A stretch of 64,000 bases of DNA from Auanema rhodensis (Eukaryota > Animalia > Nematoda), in contig OZ059894.1 of assembly GCA_964057225.1 (NCBI GenBank), forward strand, positions 4,030,001-4,094,000, read 5' to 3'. The position numbers were made by a program, and so were the translations under genes. Shown here piece after piece: positions 28,040-42,249 of this stretch (its first letter is position 1; every line of letters begins with the position of its first letter). Under the pieces are notes generated by a model that worked only from the letters and a program-made list of their open reading frames with translations, searched no databases and was not told the origin of the DNA.

Positions 28040-31000
28040 AAGAAATAATTTTTTCGTTGAATATTATTGTCCATCGTCTTTGCCTTGAAAAATGGAATCT
28101 TGAAACATCTACTTTTTGCTAAATTATTTAGAAATTTTTCGAAAAAATTTTTGTCAAAATGTTTTTGGAAGCAATGTTGAGTGTATATGGAAACTCAACA
28201 TACACTAATGCATCATTTTTCAAACGATCATAACTAATTTTTGTATCAAGTGTTTCTCAATGTAATATAGTGCATTCGATGCGGATTTTTAAGCTGCGTC
28301 GATCTGTGTTATCAGATTTGCGCTAGCTTAAAAATGCACCGAGATATCAACTGATATAAGTTCACACTTATATCCTCGATTTTCACCCTGAAGAATTAAT
28401 TTTTTCGTTGAATAACATTGTCCATCGTCTTTGCCTTGAAAAATGGAATCTAAAAACATCTACTTTTTGCTAAATTATTTTGAAATTTTTCGAAAAAATT
28501 TTTGTCAAAATGTTTTTGGAAGCAATGTTGAGTGTACATGGAAACTCAACATACACTAATGCATCATTTTTCTAACGATCATAACTAATTTTTGTATTAA
28601 GCTTTTCTCAATGTAGTATAGTGCATTCGATGCGGATTTTTAAGCTGCGTCGATCTGTGTTATCAGATTTGCGCTAGCTTAAAAATGCACCGAGATATCA
28701 ACTGATATAAGTTCACACTTATATCCTCGATTTTCACCCTGAAGAATTAATTTTTTCGTTGAATAACATTGTCCATCGTCTTTGCCTTGAAAAAAGGAAT
28801 CTAAAAACATCTACTTTTTGCTAAATTATTTTGAAATTTTTCGAAAAAATTTTTGTCAAAATGTTTTTGGAAGCAATGTTGAGTGTACATGGAAACTCAA
28901 CATACACTAATGCATCATTTTTCAAACGATCATAACTAATTTTTGTATCAAGCGTTTCTTAATGTAGTATAGTGCATTCGATCCGGATTTTTAAGCTGCG
29001 TCGATCTGTGTTATCAGATTTGCGCTAGCTTAAAAATGCACCGAGATATCAACTGATATAAGTTCACACTTATATCCTCGATTTTCACCCTGAAGAATTA
29101 ATTTTTTCGTTGAATAACATTGTCCATCGTCTTTGCCTTGAAAAATGGAATCTAAAAACATCTACTTTTTGCTGAATTATTTTGAAATTTTTCGAAAAAA
29201 TTTTTGTCAAAATGTTTTTAGAAGCAATGTTGAGTGTACATGGAAACTCAACATACACTAATGCATCATTTTTCAAACGATCATAACTAATTTTTGTATC
29301 AAGTGTTTCTCAATGTAGTATAGTGCATTCGATGCGGATTTTTAAGCTGCGTCGATCTGTGTTATCAGATTTGCGCTAGCTTAAAAATGCACCGAGATAT
29401 CAACTGATAGAAGTTCACACTTATATCCTCGATTTTCACCCTGAAGAATTAATTTTTTCGTTGAATAACATTGTCCATCGTCTTTGCCTTGAAAAATGGA
29501 ATCTAAAAACATCTACTTTTTGCTAAATTATTTTGAAATTTTTCGAAAAAATTTTTGTCAAAATGTTTTTGGAAGCAATGTTGAGTGTACATGGAAACTC
29601 AACATACACTAATGCATCATTTTTCAAACGATCATAACTAATTTTTGTATTAAGCGTTCTTCAATGTAGTATAGTGCATTCGATGCGGATTTTTAAGCTG
29701 CGTCGATCTGTGTTATCAGATTTGCGCTAGCTTAAAAATGCACCGAGATATCAACTGATATAAGTTCACACTTATATCCTCGATTTTCACCCTGAAGAAT
29801 TAATTTTTTCGTTGAATAACATTGTCCATCGTCTTTGCCTTGAAAAAAGGAATCCAAAAACATCTACTTTTTGCTAAATTATTTTGAAATTTTTCGAAAA
29901 AATTTTTGTCAAAATGTTTTTGGAAGCAATGTTGAGTGTACATGGAAACTCAACATACACTAATGCATCATTTTTCAAACGATCATAACTAATTTTTGTA
30001 TCAAGCGTTTCTTAATGTAGTATAGTGCATTCGATCCGGATTTTTAAGCTGCGTCGATCTGTGTTATCAGATTTGCGCTAGCTTAAAAATGCACCGAGAT
30101 ATCAACTGATATAAGTTCACACTTATATCCTCGATTTTCACCCTGAAGAATTAATTTTTTCGTTGAATAACATTGTCCATCGTCTTTGCCTTGAAAAATG
30201 GAATCTAAAAACATCTACTTTTTGCTAAATTATTTTGAAATTTTTCGAAAAAATTTTTGTCAAAATGTTTTTGGAAGCAATGTTGAGTGTACATGGAAAC
30301 TCAACATACACTAATGCATCATTTTTCAAACGATCATAACTAATTTTTGTATTAAGCGTTCTTCAATGTAGTATAGTGCATTCGATGCGGATTTTTAAGC
30401 TGCGTCGATCTGTGTTATCAGATTTGCGCTAGCTTAAAAATGCACCGAGATATCAACTGATATAAGTTCACACTTATATCCTCGATTTTCACCCTGAAGA
30501 ATTAATTTTTTCGTTGAATAACATTGTCCATCGTCTTTGCCTTGAAAAAAGGAATCTAAAAACATCTACTTTTTGCTAAATTATTTTGAAATTTTTCGAA
30601 AAAATTTTTGTCAAAATGTTTTTGGAAGCAATGTTGAGTGTACATGGAAACTCAACATACACTAATGCATCATTTTTCAAACGATCATAACTAATTTTTG
30701 TATCAAGCGTTTCTTAATGTAGTATAGTGCATTCGATCCGGATTTTTAAGCTGCGTCGATCTGTGTTATCAGATTTGCGCTAGCTTAAAAATGCACCGAG
30801 ATATCAACTGATATAAGTTCACACTTATATCCTCGATTTTCACCCTGAAGAATTAATTTTTTTCGTTGAATAACATTGTCCATCGTCTTTGCCTTGAAAA
30901 ATGGAATCTAAAAACATCTACTTTTTGCTAAATTATTTTGAAATTTTTCGAAAAAATTTTTGTCAAAATGTTTTTGGAAGCAATGTTGAGTGTACATGGA

Positions 31001-34000
31001 AACTCAACATACACTAATGCATCATTTTTCAAACGATCATAACTTATTTTTGTAACAAGCGTTTCTCAATGTAGTATAGTGCATTCGATGCGGATTTTTA
31101 AGCTGCGTCGATCTGTGTTATCAGATTTGCGCTAGCTTAAAAATGCACCGAGATATCAACTGATATAAGTTCACACTTATATCCTCGATTTTCACCCTGA
31201 AGAATTAATTTTTTCGTTGAATAACATTGTCCATCGTCTTTGCCTTGAAAAAAGGAATCTAAAAACATCTACTTTTTGCTAAATTATTTTGAAATTTTTC
31301 GAAAAAATTTTTGTCAAAATGTTTTTGGAAGCAATGTTTAGTGTACATGGAAACTCAACATACACTAATGCATCATTTTTCAAACGATCATAACTAATTT
31401 TTGTATCAAGCGTTTTTTAATGTAGTATAGTGCATTCGATCCGGATTTTTAAGCTGCGTCGATCTGTGTTATCAGATTTGCGCTAGCTTAAAAATGCACC
31501 GAGATATCAACTGATATAAGTTCACACTTATATCCTCGATTTTCACCCTGAAGAATTAATTTTTTCGTTGAATAACATTGTCCATCGTCTTTGCCTTGAA
31601 AAATGGAATCTAAAAACATCTACTTTTTGCTAAATTATTTTGAAATTTTTCGAAAAAATTTTTGTCAAAATGTTTTTGGAAGCAATGTTGAGTGTACATG
31701 GAAACTCAACATACACTAATGCATCATTTTTCAAACGATCATAACTAATTTTTGTATTAAGCGTTCTTCAATGTAGTATAGTGCATTCGATGCGGATTTT
31801 TAAGCTGCGTCGATCTGTGTTATCAGATTTGCGCTAGCTTAAAAATGCACCGAGATATCAACTGATATAAGTTCACACTTATATCCTCGATTTTCAACCT
31901 GAAGAATTAATTTTTTCGTTGAATAACATTGTCCATCGTCTTTGCCTTAAAAAATGGAATCTAAAAACATCTACTTTTTGCTAAATTATTTTGAAATTTT
32001 TCGAAAAAATTTTTGTCAAAATGTTTTTGGAAGCAATGTTGAGTGTACATGGAAACTCAACATACACTAATGCATCATTTTTCAAACGATCATAACTAAT
32101 TTTTGTATTAAGCGTTCTTCAATGTAGTATAGTGCATTCGATCCGGATTTTTAAGCTGCGTCGATCTGTGTTATCAGATTTGCGCTAGCTTAAAAATGCA
32201 CCGAGATATCAACTGATATAAGTTCACACTTATATCCTCGATTTTCACCCTGAAGAAATAATTTTTTCGTTGAATATTATTGTCCATCGTCTTTGCCTTG
32301 AAAAATGGAATCTTGAAACATCTACTTTTTGCTAAATTATTTAGAAATTTTTCGAAAAAATTTTTGTCAAAATGTTTTTGGAAGCAATGTTGAGTGTATA
32401 TGGAAACTCAACATACACTAATGCATCATTTTTCAAACGATCATAACTAATTTTTGTATCAAGTGTTTCTCAATGTAATATAGTGCATTCGATGCGGATT
32501 TTTAAGCTGCGTCGATCTGTGTTATCAGATTTGCGCTAGCTTAAAAATGCACCGAGATATCAACTGATATAAGTTCACACTTATATCCTCGATTTTCACC
32601 CTGAAGAATTAATTTTTTCGTTGAATAACATTGTCCATCGTCTTTGCCTTGAAAAATGGAATCTAAAAACATCTACTTTTTGCTAAATTATTTTGAAATT
32701 TTTCGAAAAAATTTTTGTCAAAATGTTTTTGGAAGCAATGTTGAGTGTACATGGAAACTCAACATACACTAATGCATCATTTTTCTAACGATCATAACTA
32801 ATTTTTGTATTAAGCTTTTCTCAATGTAGTATAGTGCATTCGATGCGGATTTTTAAGCTGCGTCGATCTGTGTTATCAGATTTGCGCTAGCTTAAAAATG
32901 CACCGAGATATCAACTGATATAAGTTCACACTTATATCCTCGATTTTCACCCTGAAGAATTAATTTTTTCGTTGAATAACATTGTCCATCGTCTTTGCCT
33001 TGAAAAAAGGAATCTAAAAACATCTACTTTTTGCTAAATTATTTTGAAATTTTTCGAAAAAATTTTTGTCAAAATGTTTTTGGAAGCAATGTTGAGTGTA
33101 CATGGAAACTCAACATACACTAATGCATCATTTTTCAAACGATCATAACTAATTTTTGTATCAAGCGTTTCTTAATGTAGTATAGTGCATTCGATCCGGA
33201 TTTTTAAGCTGCGTCGATCTGTGTTATCAGATTTGCGCTAGCTTAAAAATGCACCGAGATATCAACTGATATAAGTTCACACTTATATCCTCGATTTTCA
33301 CCCTGAAGAATTAATTTTTTCGTTGAATAACATTGTCCATCGTCTTTGCCTTGAAAAATGGAATCTAAAAACATCTACTTTTTGCTGAATTATTTTGAAA
33401 TTTTTCGAAAAAATTTTTGTCAAAATGTTTTTAGAAGCAATGTTGAGTGTACATGGAAACTCAACATACACTAATGCATCATTTTTCAAACGATCATAAC
33501 TAATTTTTGTATCAAGTGTTTCTCAATGTAGTATAGTGCATTCGATGCGGATTTTTAAGCTGCGTCGATCTGTGTTATCAGATTTGCGCTAGCTTAAAAA
33601 TGCACCGAGATATCAACTGATAGAAGTTCACACTTATATCCTCGATTTTCACCCTGAAGAATTAATTTTTTCGTTGAATAACATTGTCCATCGTCTTTGC
33701 CTTGAAAAATGGAATCTAAAAACATCTACTTTTTGCTAAATTATTTTGAAATTTTTCGAAAAAATTTTTGTCAAAATGTTTTTGGAAGCAATGTTGAGTG
33801 TACATGGAAACTCAACATACACTAATGCATCATTTTTCAAACGATCATAACTAATTTTTGTATTAAGCGTTCTTCAATGTAGTATAGTGCATTCGATGCG
33901 GATTTTTAAGCTGCGTCGATCTGTGTTATCAGATTTGCGCTAGCTTAAAAATGCACCGAGATATCAACTGATATAAGTTCACACTTATATCCTCGATTTT

Positions 34001-36465
34001 CACCCTGAAGAATTAATTTTTTCGTTGAATAACATTGTCCATCGTCTTTGCCTTGAAAAAAGGAATCCAAAAACATCTACTTTTTGCTAAATTATTTTGA
34101 AATTTTTCGAAAAAATTTTTGTCAAAATGTTTTTGGAAGCAATGTTGAGTGTACATGGAAACTCAACATACACTAATGCATCATTTTTCAAACGATCATA
34201 ACTAATTTTTGTATCAAGCGTTTCTTAATGTAGTATAGTGCATTCGATCCGGATTTTTAAGCTGCGTCGATCTGTGTTATCAGATTTGCGCTAGCTTAAA
34301 AATGCACCGAGATATCAACTGATATAAGTTCACACTTATATCCTCGATTTTCACCCTGAAGAATTAGTTTTTTCGTTGAATAACATTGTCCATCGTCTTT
34401 GCCTTGAAAAATGGAATCTAAAAACATCTACTTTTTGCTAAATTATTTTGAAATTTTTCGAAAAAATTTTTGTCAAAATGTTTTTGGAAGCAATGTTGAG
34501 TGTACATGGAAACTCAACATACACTAATGCATCATTTTTCAAACGATCATAACTAATTTTTGTATTAAGCGTTCTTCAATGTAGTATAGTGCATTCGATG
34601 CGGATTTTTAAGCTGCGTCGATCTGTGTTATCAGATTTGCGCTAGCTTAAAAATGCACCGAGATATCAACTGATATAAGTTCACACTTATATCCTCGATT
34701 TTCACCCTGAAGAATTAATTTTTTCGTTGAATAACATTGTCCATCGTCTTTGCCTTGAAAAAAGGAATCTAAAAACATCTACTTTTTGCTAAATTATTTT
34801 GAAATTTTTCGAAAAAATTTTTGTCAAAATGTTTTTGGAAGCAATGTTGAGTGTACATGGAAACTCAACATACACTAATGCATCATTTTTCAAACGATCA
34901 TAACTAATTTTTGTATCAAGCGTTTCTTAATGTAGTATAGTGCATTCGATCCGGATTTTTAAGCTGCGTCGATCTGTGTTATCAGATTTGCGCTAGCTTA
35001 AAAATGCACCGAGATATCAACTGATATAAGTTCACACTTATATCCTCGATTTTCACCCTGAAGAATTAATTTTTTTCGTTGAATAACATTGTCCATCGTC
35101 TTTGCCTTGAAAAATGGAATCTAAAAACATCTACTTTTTGCTAAATTATTTTGAAATTTTTCGAAAAAATTTTTGTCAAAATGTTTTTGGAAGCAATGTT
35201 GAGTGTACATGGAAACTCAACATACACTAATGCATCATTTTTCAAACGATCATAACTTATTTTTGTAACAAGCGTTTCTCAATGTAGTATAGTGCATTCG
35301 ATGCGGATTTTTAAGCTGCGTCGATCTGTGTTATCAGATTTGCGCTAGCTTAAAAATGCACCGAGATATCAACTGATATAAGTTCACACTTATATCCTCG
35401 ATTTTCACCCTGAAGAATTAATTTTTTCGTTGAATAACATTGTCCATCGTCTTTGCCTTGAAAAAAGGAATCTAAAAACATCTACTTTTTGCTAAATTAT
35501 TTTGAAATTTTTCGAAAAAATTTTTGTCAAAATGTTTTTGGAAGCAATGTTTAGTGTACATGGAAACTCAACATACACTAATGCATCATTTTTCAAACGA
35601 TCATAACTAATTTTTGTATCAAGCGTTTTTTAATGTAGTATAGTGCATTCGATCCGGATTTTTAAGCTGCGTCGATCTGTGTTATCAGATTTGCGCTAGC
35701 TTAAAAATGCACCGAGATATCAACTGATATAAGTTCACACTTATATCCTCGATTTTCACCCTGAAGAATTAATTTTTTCGTTGAATAACATTGTCCATCG
35801 TCTTTGCCTTGAAAAATGGAATCTAAAAACATCTACTTTTTGCTAAATTATTTTGAAATTTTTTGAAAAAATTTTTGTCAAAATGTTTTTGGAAGCAATG
35901 TTGAGTGTACATGGAAACTCAACATACACTAATGCATCATTTTTCAAACGATCATAACTAATTTTTGTATTAAGCGTTCTTCAATGTAGTATAGTGCATT
36001 CGATGCGGATTTTTAAGCTGCGTCGATCTGTGTTATCAGATTTGCGCTAGCTTAAAAATGCACCGAGATATCAACTGATATAAGTTCACACTTATATCCT
36101 CGATTTTCAACCTGAAGAATTAATTTTTTCGTTGAATAACATTGTCCATCGTCTTTGCCTTAAAAAATGGAATCTAAAAACATCTACTTTTTGCTAAATT
36201 ATTTTGAAATTTTTCGAAAAAATTTTTGTCAAAATGTTTTTGGAAGCAATGTTGAGTGTACATGGAAACTCAACATACACTAATGCATCATTTTTCAAAC
36301 GATCATAACTAATTTTTGTATTAAGCGTTCTTCAATGTAGTATAGTGCATTCGATCCGGATTTTTAAGCTGCGTCGATCTGTGTTATCAGATTTGCGCTA
36401 GCTTAAAAATGCACCGAGATATCAACTGATATAAGTTCACACTTATATCCTCGATTTTCACCCTG
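28040..36465. repeat. 12-monomer (4213-bp) higher-order tandem duplication, 2 copies
   Basis: Private variants recur at +4213: divergent monomer 28076/32289; TTCTAACG 28427/32640; GCTGAAT + TTTAGAAG 29129/33342; AATCCA 29831/34044; extra T in the T-run ~30860/~35073; CAACCTG + CTTAAAA at 31938/36151. Confidence 0.92.
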
Positions 36466-39400
36466 AAGAATTAATTTTTTCGTTGAATAACATTGTCCAT
36501 CGTCTTTGCCTTGAAAAATGGAATCTAAAAACATCTACTTTTTGCTGAATTATTTTGAAATTTTTCGAAAAAATTTTTGTCAAAATGTTTTTAGAAGCAA
36601 TGTTGAGTGTACATGGAAACTCAACATACACTAATGCATCATTTTTCAAACGATCATAACTAATTTTTGTATCAAGTGTTTCTCAATGTAGTATAGTGCA
36701 TTCGATGCGGATTTTTAAGCTGCGTCGATCTGTGTTATCAGATTTGCGCTAGCTTAAAAATGCACCGAGATATCAACTGATAGAAGTTCACACTTATATC
36801 CTCGATTTTCACCCTGAAGAATTAATTTTTTCGTTGAATAACATTGTCCATCGTCTTTGCCTTGAAAAATGGAATCTAAAAACATCTACTTTTTGCTAAA
36901 TTATTTTGAAATTTTTCGAAAAAATTTTTGTCAAAATGTTTTTGGAAGCAATGTTGAGTGTACATGGAAACTCAACATACACTAATGCATCATTTTTCAA
37001 ACGATCATAACTAATTTTTGTATTAAGCGTTCTTCAATGTAGTATAGTGCATTCGATGCGGATTTTTAAGCTGCGTCGATCTGTGTTATCAGATTTGCGC
37101 TAGCTTAAAAATGCACCGAGATATCAACTGATATAAGTTCACACTTATATCCTCGATTTTCACCCTGAAGAATTAATTTTTTCGTTGAATAACATTGTCC
37201 ATCGTCTTTGCCTTGAAAAAAGGAATCCAAAAACATCTACTTTTTGCTAAATTATTTTGAAATTTTTCGAAAAAATTTTTGTCAAAATGTTTTTGGAAGC
37301 AATGTTGAGTGTACATGGAAACTCAACATACACTAATGCATCATTTTTCAAACGATCATAACTAATTTTTGTATCAAGCGTTTCTTAATGTAGTATAGTG
37401 CATTCGATCCGGATTTTTAAGCTGCGTCGATCTGTGTTATCAGATTTGCGCTAGCTTAAAAATGCACCGAGATATCAACTGATATAAGTTCACACTTATA
37501 TCCTCGATTTTCACCCTGAAGAATTAATTTTTTCGTTGAATAACATTGTCCATCGTCTTTGCCTTGAAAAATGGAATTTAAAAACATCTACTTTTTGCTA
37601 AATTATTTTGAAATTTTTCGAAAAAATTTTTGTCAAAATGTTTTTGGAAGCAATGTTGAGTGTACATGGAAACTCAACATACACTAATGCATCATTTTTC
37701 AAACGATCATAACTTATTTTTGTAACAAGCGTTTCTCAATGTAGTATAGTGCATTCGATGCGGATTTTTAAGCTGCGTCGATCTGTGTTATCAGATTTGC
37801 GCTAGCTTAAAAATGCACCGAGATATCAACTGATATAAGTTCACACTTATATCCTCGATTTTCACCCTGAAGAATTAATTTTTTCGTTGAATAACATTGT
37901 CCATCGTCTTTGCCTTGAAAAAAGGAATCTAAAAACATCTACTTTTTGCTAAATTATTTTGAAATTTTTCGAAAAAATTTTTGTCAAAATGTTTTTGGAA
38001 GCAATGTTTAGTGTACATGGAAACTCAACATACACTAATGCATCATTTTTCAAACGATCATAACTAATTTTTGTATCAAGCGTTTTTTAATGTAGTATAG
38101 TGCATTCGATCCGGATTTTTAAGCTGCGTCGATCTGTGTTATCAGATTTGCGCTAGCTTAAAAATGCACCGAGATATCAACTGATATAAGTTCACACTTA
38201 TATCCTCGATTTTCACCCTGAAGAATTAATTTTTTCGTTGAATAACATTGTCCATCGTCTTTGCCTTGAAAAATGGAATCTAAAAACATCTACTTTTTGC
38301 TGAATTATTTTGAAATTTTTCGAAAAAATTTTTGTCAAAATGTTTTTAGAAGCAATGTTGAGTGTACATGGAAACTCAACATACACTAATGCATCATTTT
38401 TCAAACGATCATAACTAATTTTTGTATCAAGTGTTTCTCAATGTAGTATAGTGCATTCGATGCGGATTTTTAAGCTGCGTCGATCTGTGTTATCAGATTT
38501 GCGCTAGCTTAAAAATGCACCGAGATATCAACTGATAGAAGTTCACACTTATATCCTCGATTTTCACCCTGAAGAATTAATTTTTTCGTTGAATAACATT
38601 GTCCATCGTCTTTGCCTTGAAAAATGGAATCTAAAAACATCTACTTTTTGCTAAATTATTTTGAAATTTTTCGAAAAAATTTTTGTCAAAATGTTTTTGG
38701 AAGCAATGTTGAGTGTACATGGAAACTCAACATACACTAATGCATCATTTTTCAAACGATCATAACTAATTTTTGTATTAAGCGTTCTTCAATGTAGTAT
38801 AGTGCATTCGATGCGGATTTTTAAGCTGCGTCGATCTGTGTTATCAGATTTGCGCTAGCTTAAAAATGCACCGAGATATCAACTGATATAAGTTCACACT
38901 TATATCCTCGATTTTCACCCTGAAGAATTAATTTTTTCGTTGAATAACATTGTCCATCGTCTTTGCCTTGAAAAAAGGAATCTAAAAACATCTACTTTTT
39001 GCTAAATTATTTTGAAATTTTTTGAAAAAATTTTTGTCAAAATGTTTTTGGAAGCAATGTTTAGTGTACATGGAAACTCAACATACACTAATGCATCATT
39101 TTTCAAACGATCATAACTAATTTTTGTATCAAGCGTTTTTTAATGTAGTATAGTGCATTCGATCCGGATTTTTAAGCTGCGTCGATCTGTGTTATCAGAT
39201 TTGCGTTAGCTTAAAAATGCACCGAGATATCAACTGATATAAGTTCACACTTATATCCTCGATTTTCAACCTGAAGAATTAATTTTTTCGTTGAATAACA
39301 TTGTCCATCGTCTTTGCCTCAAAAAATGGAATCTAAAAACATCTACTTTTTGCTAAATTATTTTGCAATTTTTCGAAAAAATTTTTGTCAAAATGTTTTT

Positions 39401-42249
39401 GGAAGCAATGTTGAGTGTACATGGAAACTCAACATACACTAATGCATCATTTTTCAAACGATCATAACTTATTTTTGTAACAAGCGTTTCTCAATGTAGT
39501 ATAGTGCATTCGATGCGGATTTTTAAGCTGCGTCGATCTGTGTTATCAGATTTGCGCTAGCTTAAAAATGCACCGAGATATCAACTGATATAAGTTCACA
39601 CTTATATCCTCGATTTTCAACCTGAAGAATTAATTTTTTCGTTGAATAACATTGTCCATCGTCTTTGCCTCAAAAAATGGAATCTAAAAACATCTACTTT
39701 TTGCTAAATTATTTTGAAATTTTTCGAAAAAATTTTTGTCAAAATGTTTTTGGAAGCAATGTTGAGTGTACATGGAAACTCAACATACACTAATGCATCA
39801 TTTTTCAAACGATCATAACTAATTTTTGTATTAAGCGTTCTTCAATGTAGTATAGTGCATTCGATCCGGATTTTTAAGCTGCGTCGATCTGTGTTATCAG
39901 ATTTGCGCTAGCTTAAAAATGCACCGAGATATCAACTGATATAAGTTCACACTTATATCCTCGATTTTCACCCTGAAGAATTAATTTTTTCGTTGAATAA
40001 CATTGTCCATCGTCTTTGCCTTGAAAAAAGGAATCTGAAAACATCTACTTTTTGCTAAATTATTTTGAAATTTTTCGAAAAAATTTTTGTCAAAATGTTT
40101 TTGGAAGCAATGTTGAGTGTACATGGAAACTCAACATACACTAATGCATCATTTTTCAAACGATCATAACTAATTTTTGTATTAAGCTTTTCTCAATGTA
40201 GTATAGTGCATTCGATGCGGATTTTTAAGCTGCGTCGATCTGTGTTATCAGATTTGCGCTAGCTTAAAAATGCACCGAGATATCAACTGATATAAGTTCA
40301 CACTTATATCCTCGATTTTCACCCTGAAGAATTAATTTTTTCGTTGAATAACATCGTCCATCGTCTTTGCCTTGAAAAATGGAATCTAAAAACATCTACT
40401 TTTTGCTAAATTATTTTGAAATTTTTCGAAAAAATTTTTGTCAAAATGTTTTTGGAAGCAATGTTGAGTGTACATGGAAACTCAACATACACTAATGCAT
40501 CATTTTTCAAACGATCATAACTAATTTTTGTATCAAGCGTTTCTTAATGTAGTATAGTGCATTCGATGCGGATTTTTAAGCTGCGTCGATCTGTGTTATC
40601 AGATTTGCGCTAGCTTAAAAATGCACCGAGATATCAACTGATATAAGTTCACACTTATATCCTCGATTTTCACCCTGAAGAATTAATTTTTTCGTTGAAT
40701 AACATCGTCCATCGTCTTTGCCTTGAAAAATTGAATCTAAAAACATCTACTTTTTGCTAAATTATTTTGAAATTTTTCGAAAAAATTTTTGTCAAAATGT
40801 TTTTGGAAGCAATGTTGAGTGTACATGGAAACTCAACATACACTAATGCATCATTTTTCAAACGATCATAACTAATTTTTGTATCAAGCGTTTCTTAATG
40901 TAGTATAGTGCATTCGATGCGGATTTTTAAGCTGCGTCGATCTGTGTTATCAGATTTGCGCTAGCTTAAAAATGCACCGAGATATCAACTGATATAAGTT
41001 CACACTTATATCCTCGATTTTCACCCTGAAGAATTAATTTTTTCGTTGAATAACATTGTCCATCGTCTTTGCCTTAAAAAAAGGAATCTAAAAACATCTA
41101 CTTTTTGCTAAATTATTTTGAAATTTTTCGAAAAAATTTTTGTCAAAATGTTTTTGGAAGCAATGTTTAGTGTACATGGAAACTCAACATACACTAATGC
41201 ATCATTTTTCAAACGATCATAACTAATTTTTGTATCAAGCGTTTTTTAATGTAGTATAGTGCATTCGATCCGGATTTTTAAGCTGCGTCGATCTGTGTTA
41301 TCAGATTTGCGCTAGCTTAAAAATGCACCGAGATATCAACTGATATAAGTTCACACTTATATCCTCGATTTTCACCCTGAAGAATTAATTTTTTCGTTGA
41401 ATAACATTGTCCATCGTCTTTGCCTTGAAAAATGGAATCTAAAAACATCTACTTTTTGCTAAATTATTTTGCAATTTTTCGAAAAAATTTTTGTCAAAAT
41501 GTTTTTGGAAGCAATGTTGAGTGTACATGGAAACTCAACATACACTAATGCATCATTTTTCAAACGATCATAACTTATTTTTGTAACAAGCGTTTCTCAA
41601 TGTAGTATAGTGCATTCGATGCGGATTTTTAAGCTGCGTCGATCTGTGTTATCAGATTTGCGCTAGCTTAAAAATGCACCGAGATATCAACTGATATAAG
41701 TTCACACTTATATCCTCGATTTTCACCCTGAAGAATTAATTTTTTCGTTGAATAACATTGTCCATCGTCTTCGCCTTGAAAAATGGAATCTAAAAACATC
41801 TACTTTTTGCTAAATTATTTTGAAATTTTTCGAAAAAATTTTTGTCAAAATGTTTTTGGAAGCAATGTTGAGTGTACATGGAAACTCAACATACACTAAT
41901 GCATCATTTTTCAAACGATCATAACTAATTTTTGTATCAAGCGTTTCTTAATGTAGTATAGTGCATTCGATGCGGATTTTTAAGCTGCGTCGATCTGTGT
42001 TATCAGATTTGCGCTAGCTTAAAAATGCACCGAGATATCAACTGATATAAGTTCACACTTATATCCTCGATTTTCACCCTGAAGAATTAATTTTTTCGTT
42101 GAATAACATCGTCCATCGTCTTTGCCTTGAAAAATGGAATCTAAAAACATCTACTTTTTGCTAAATTATTTTGAAATTTTTCGAAAAAATTTTTGTCAAA
42201 ATGTTTTTGGAAGCAATGTTGAGTGTACATGGAAACTCAACATACACTA

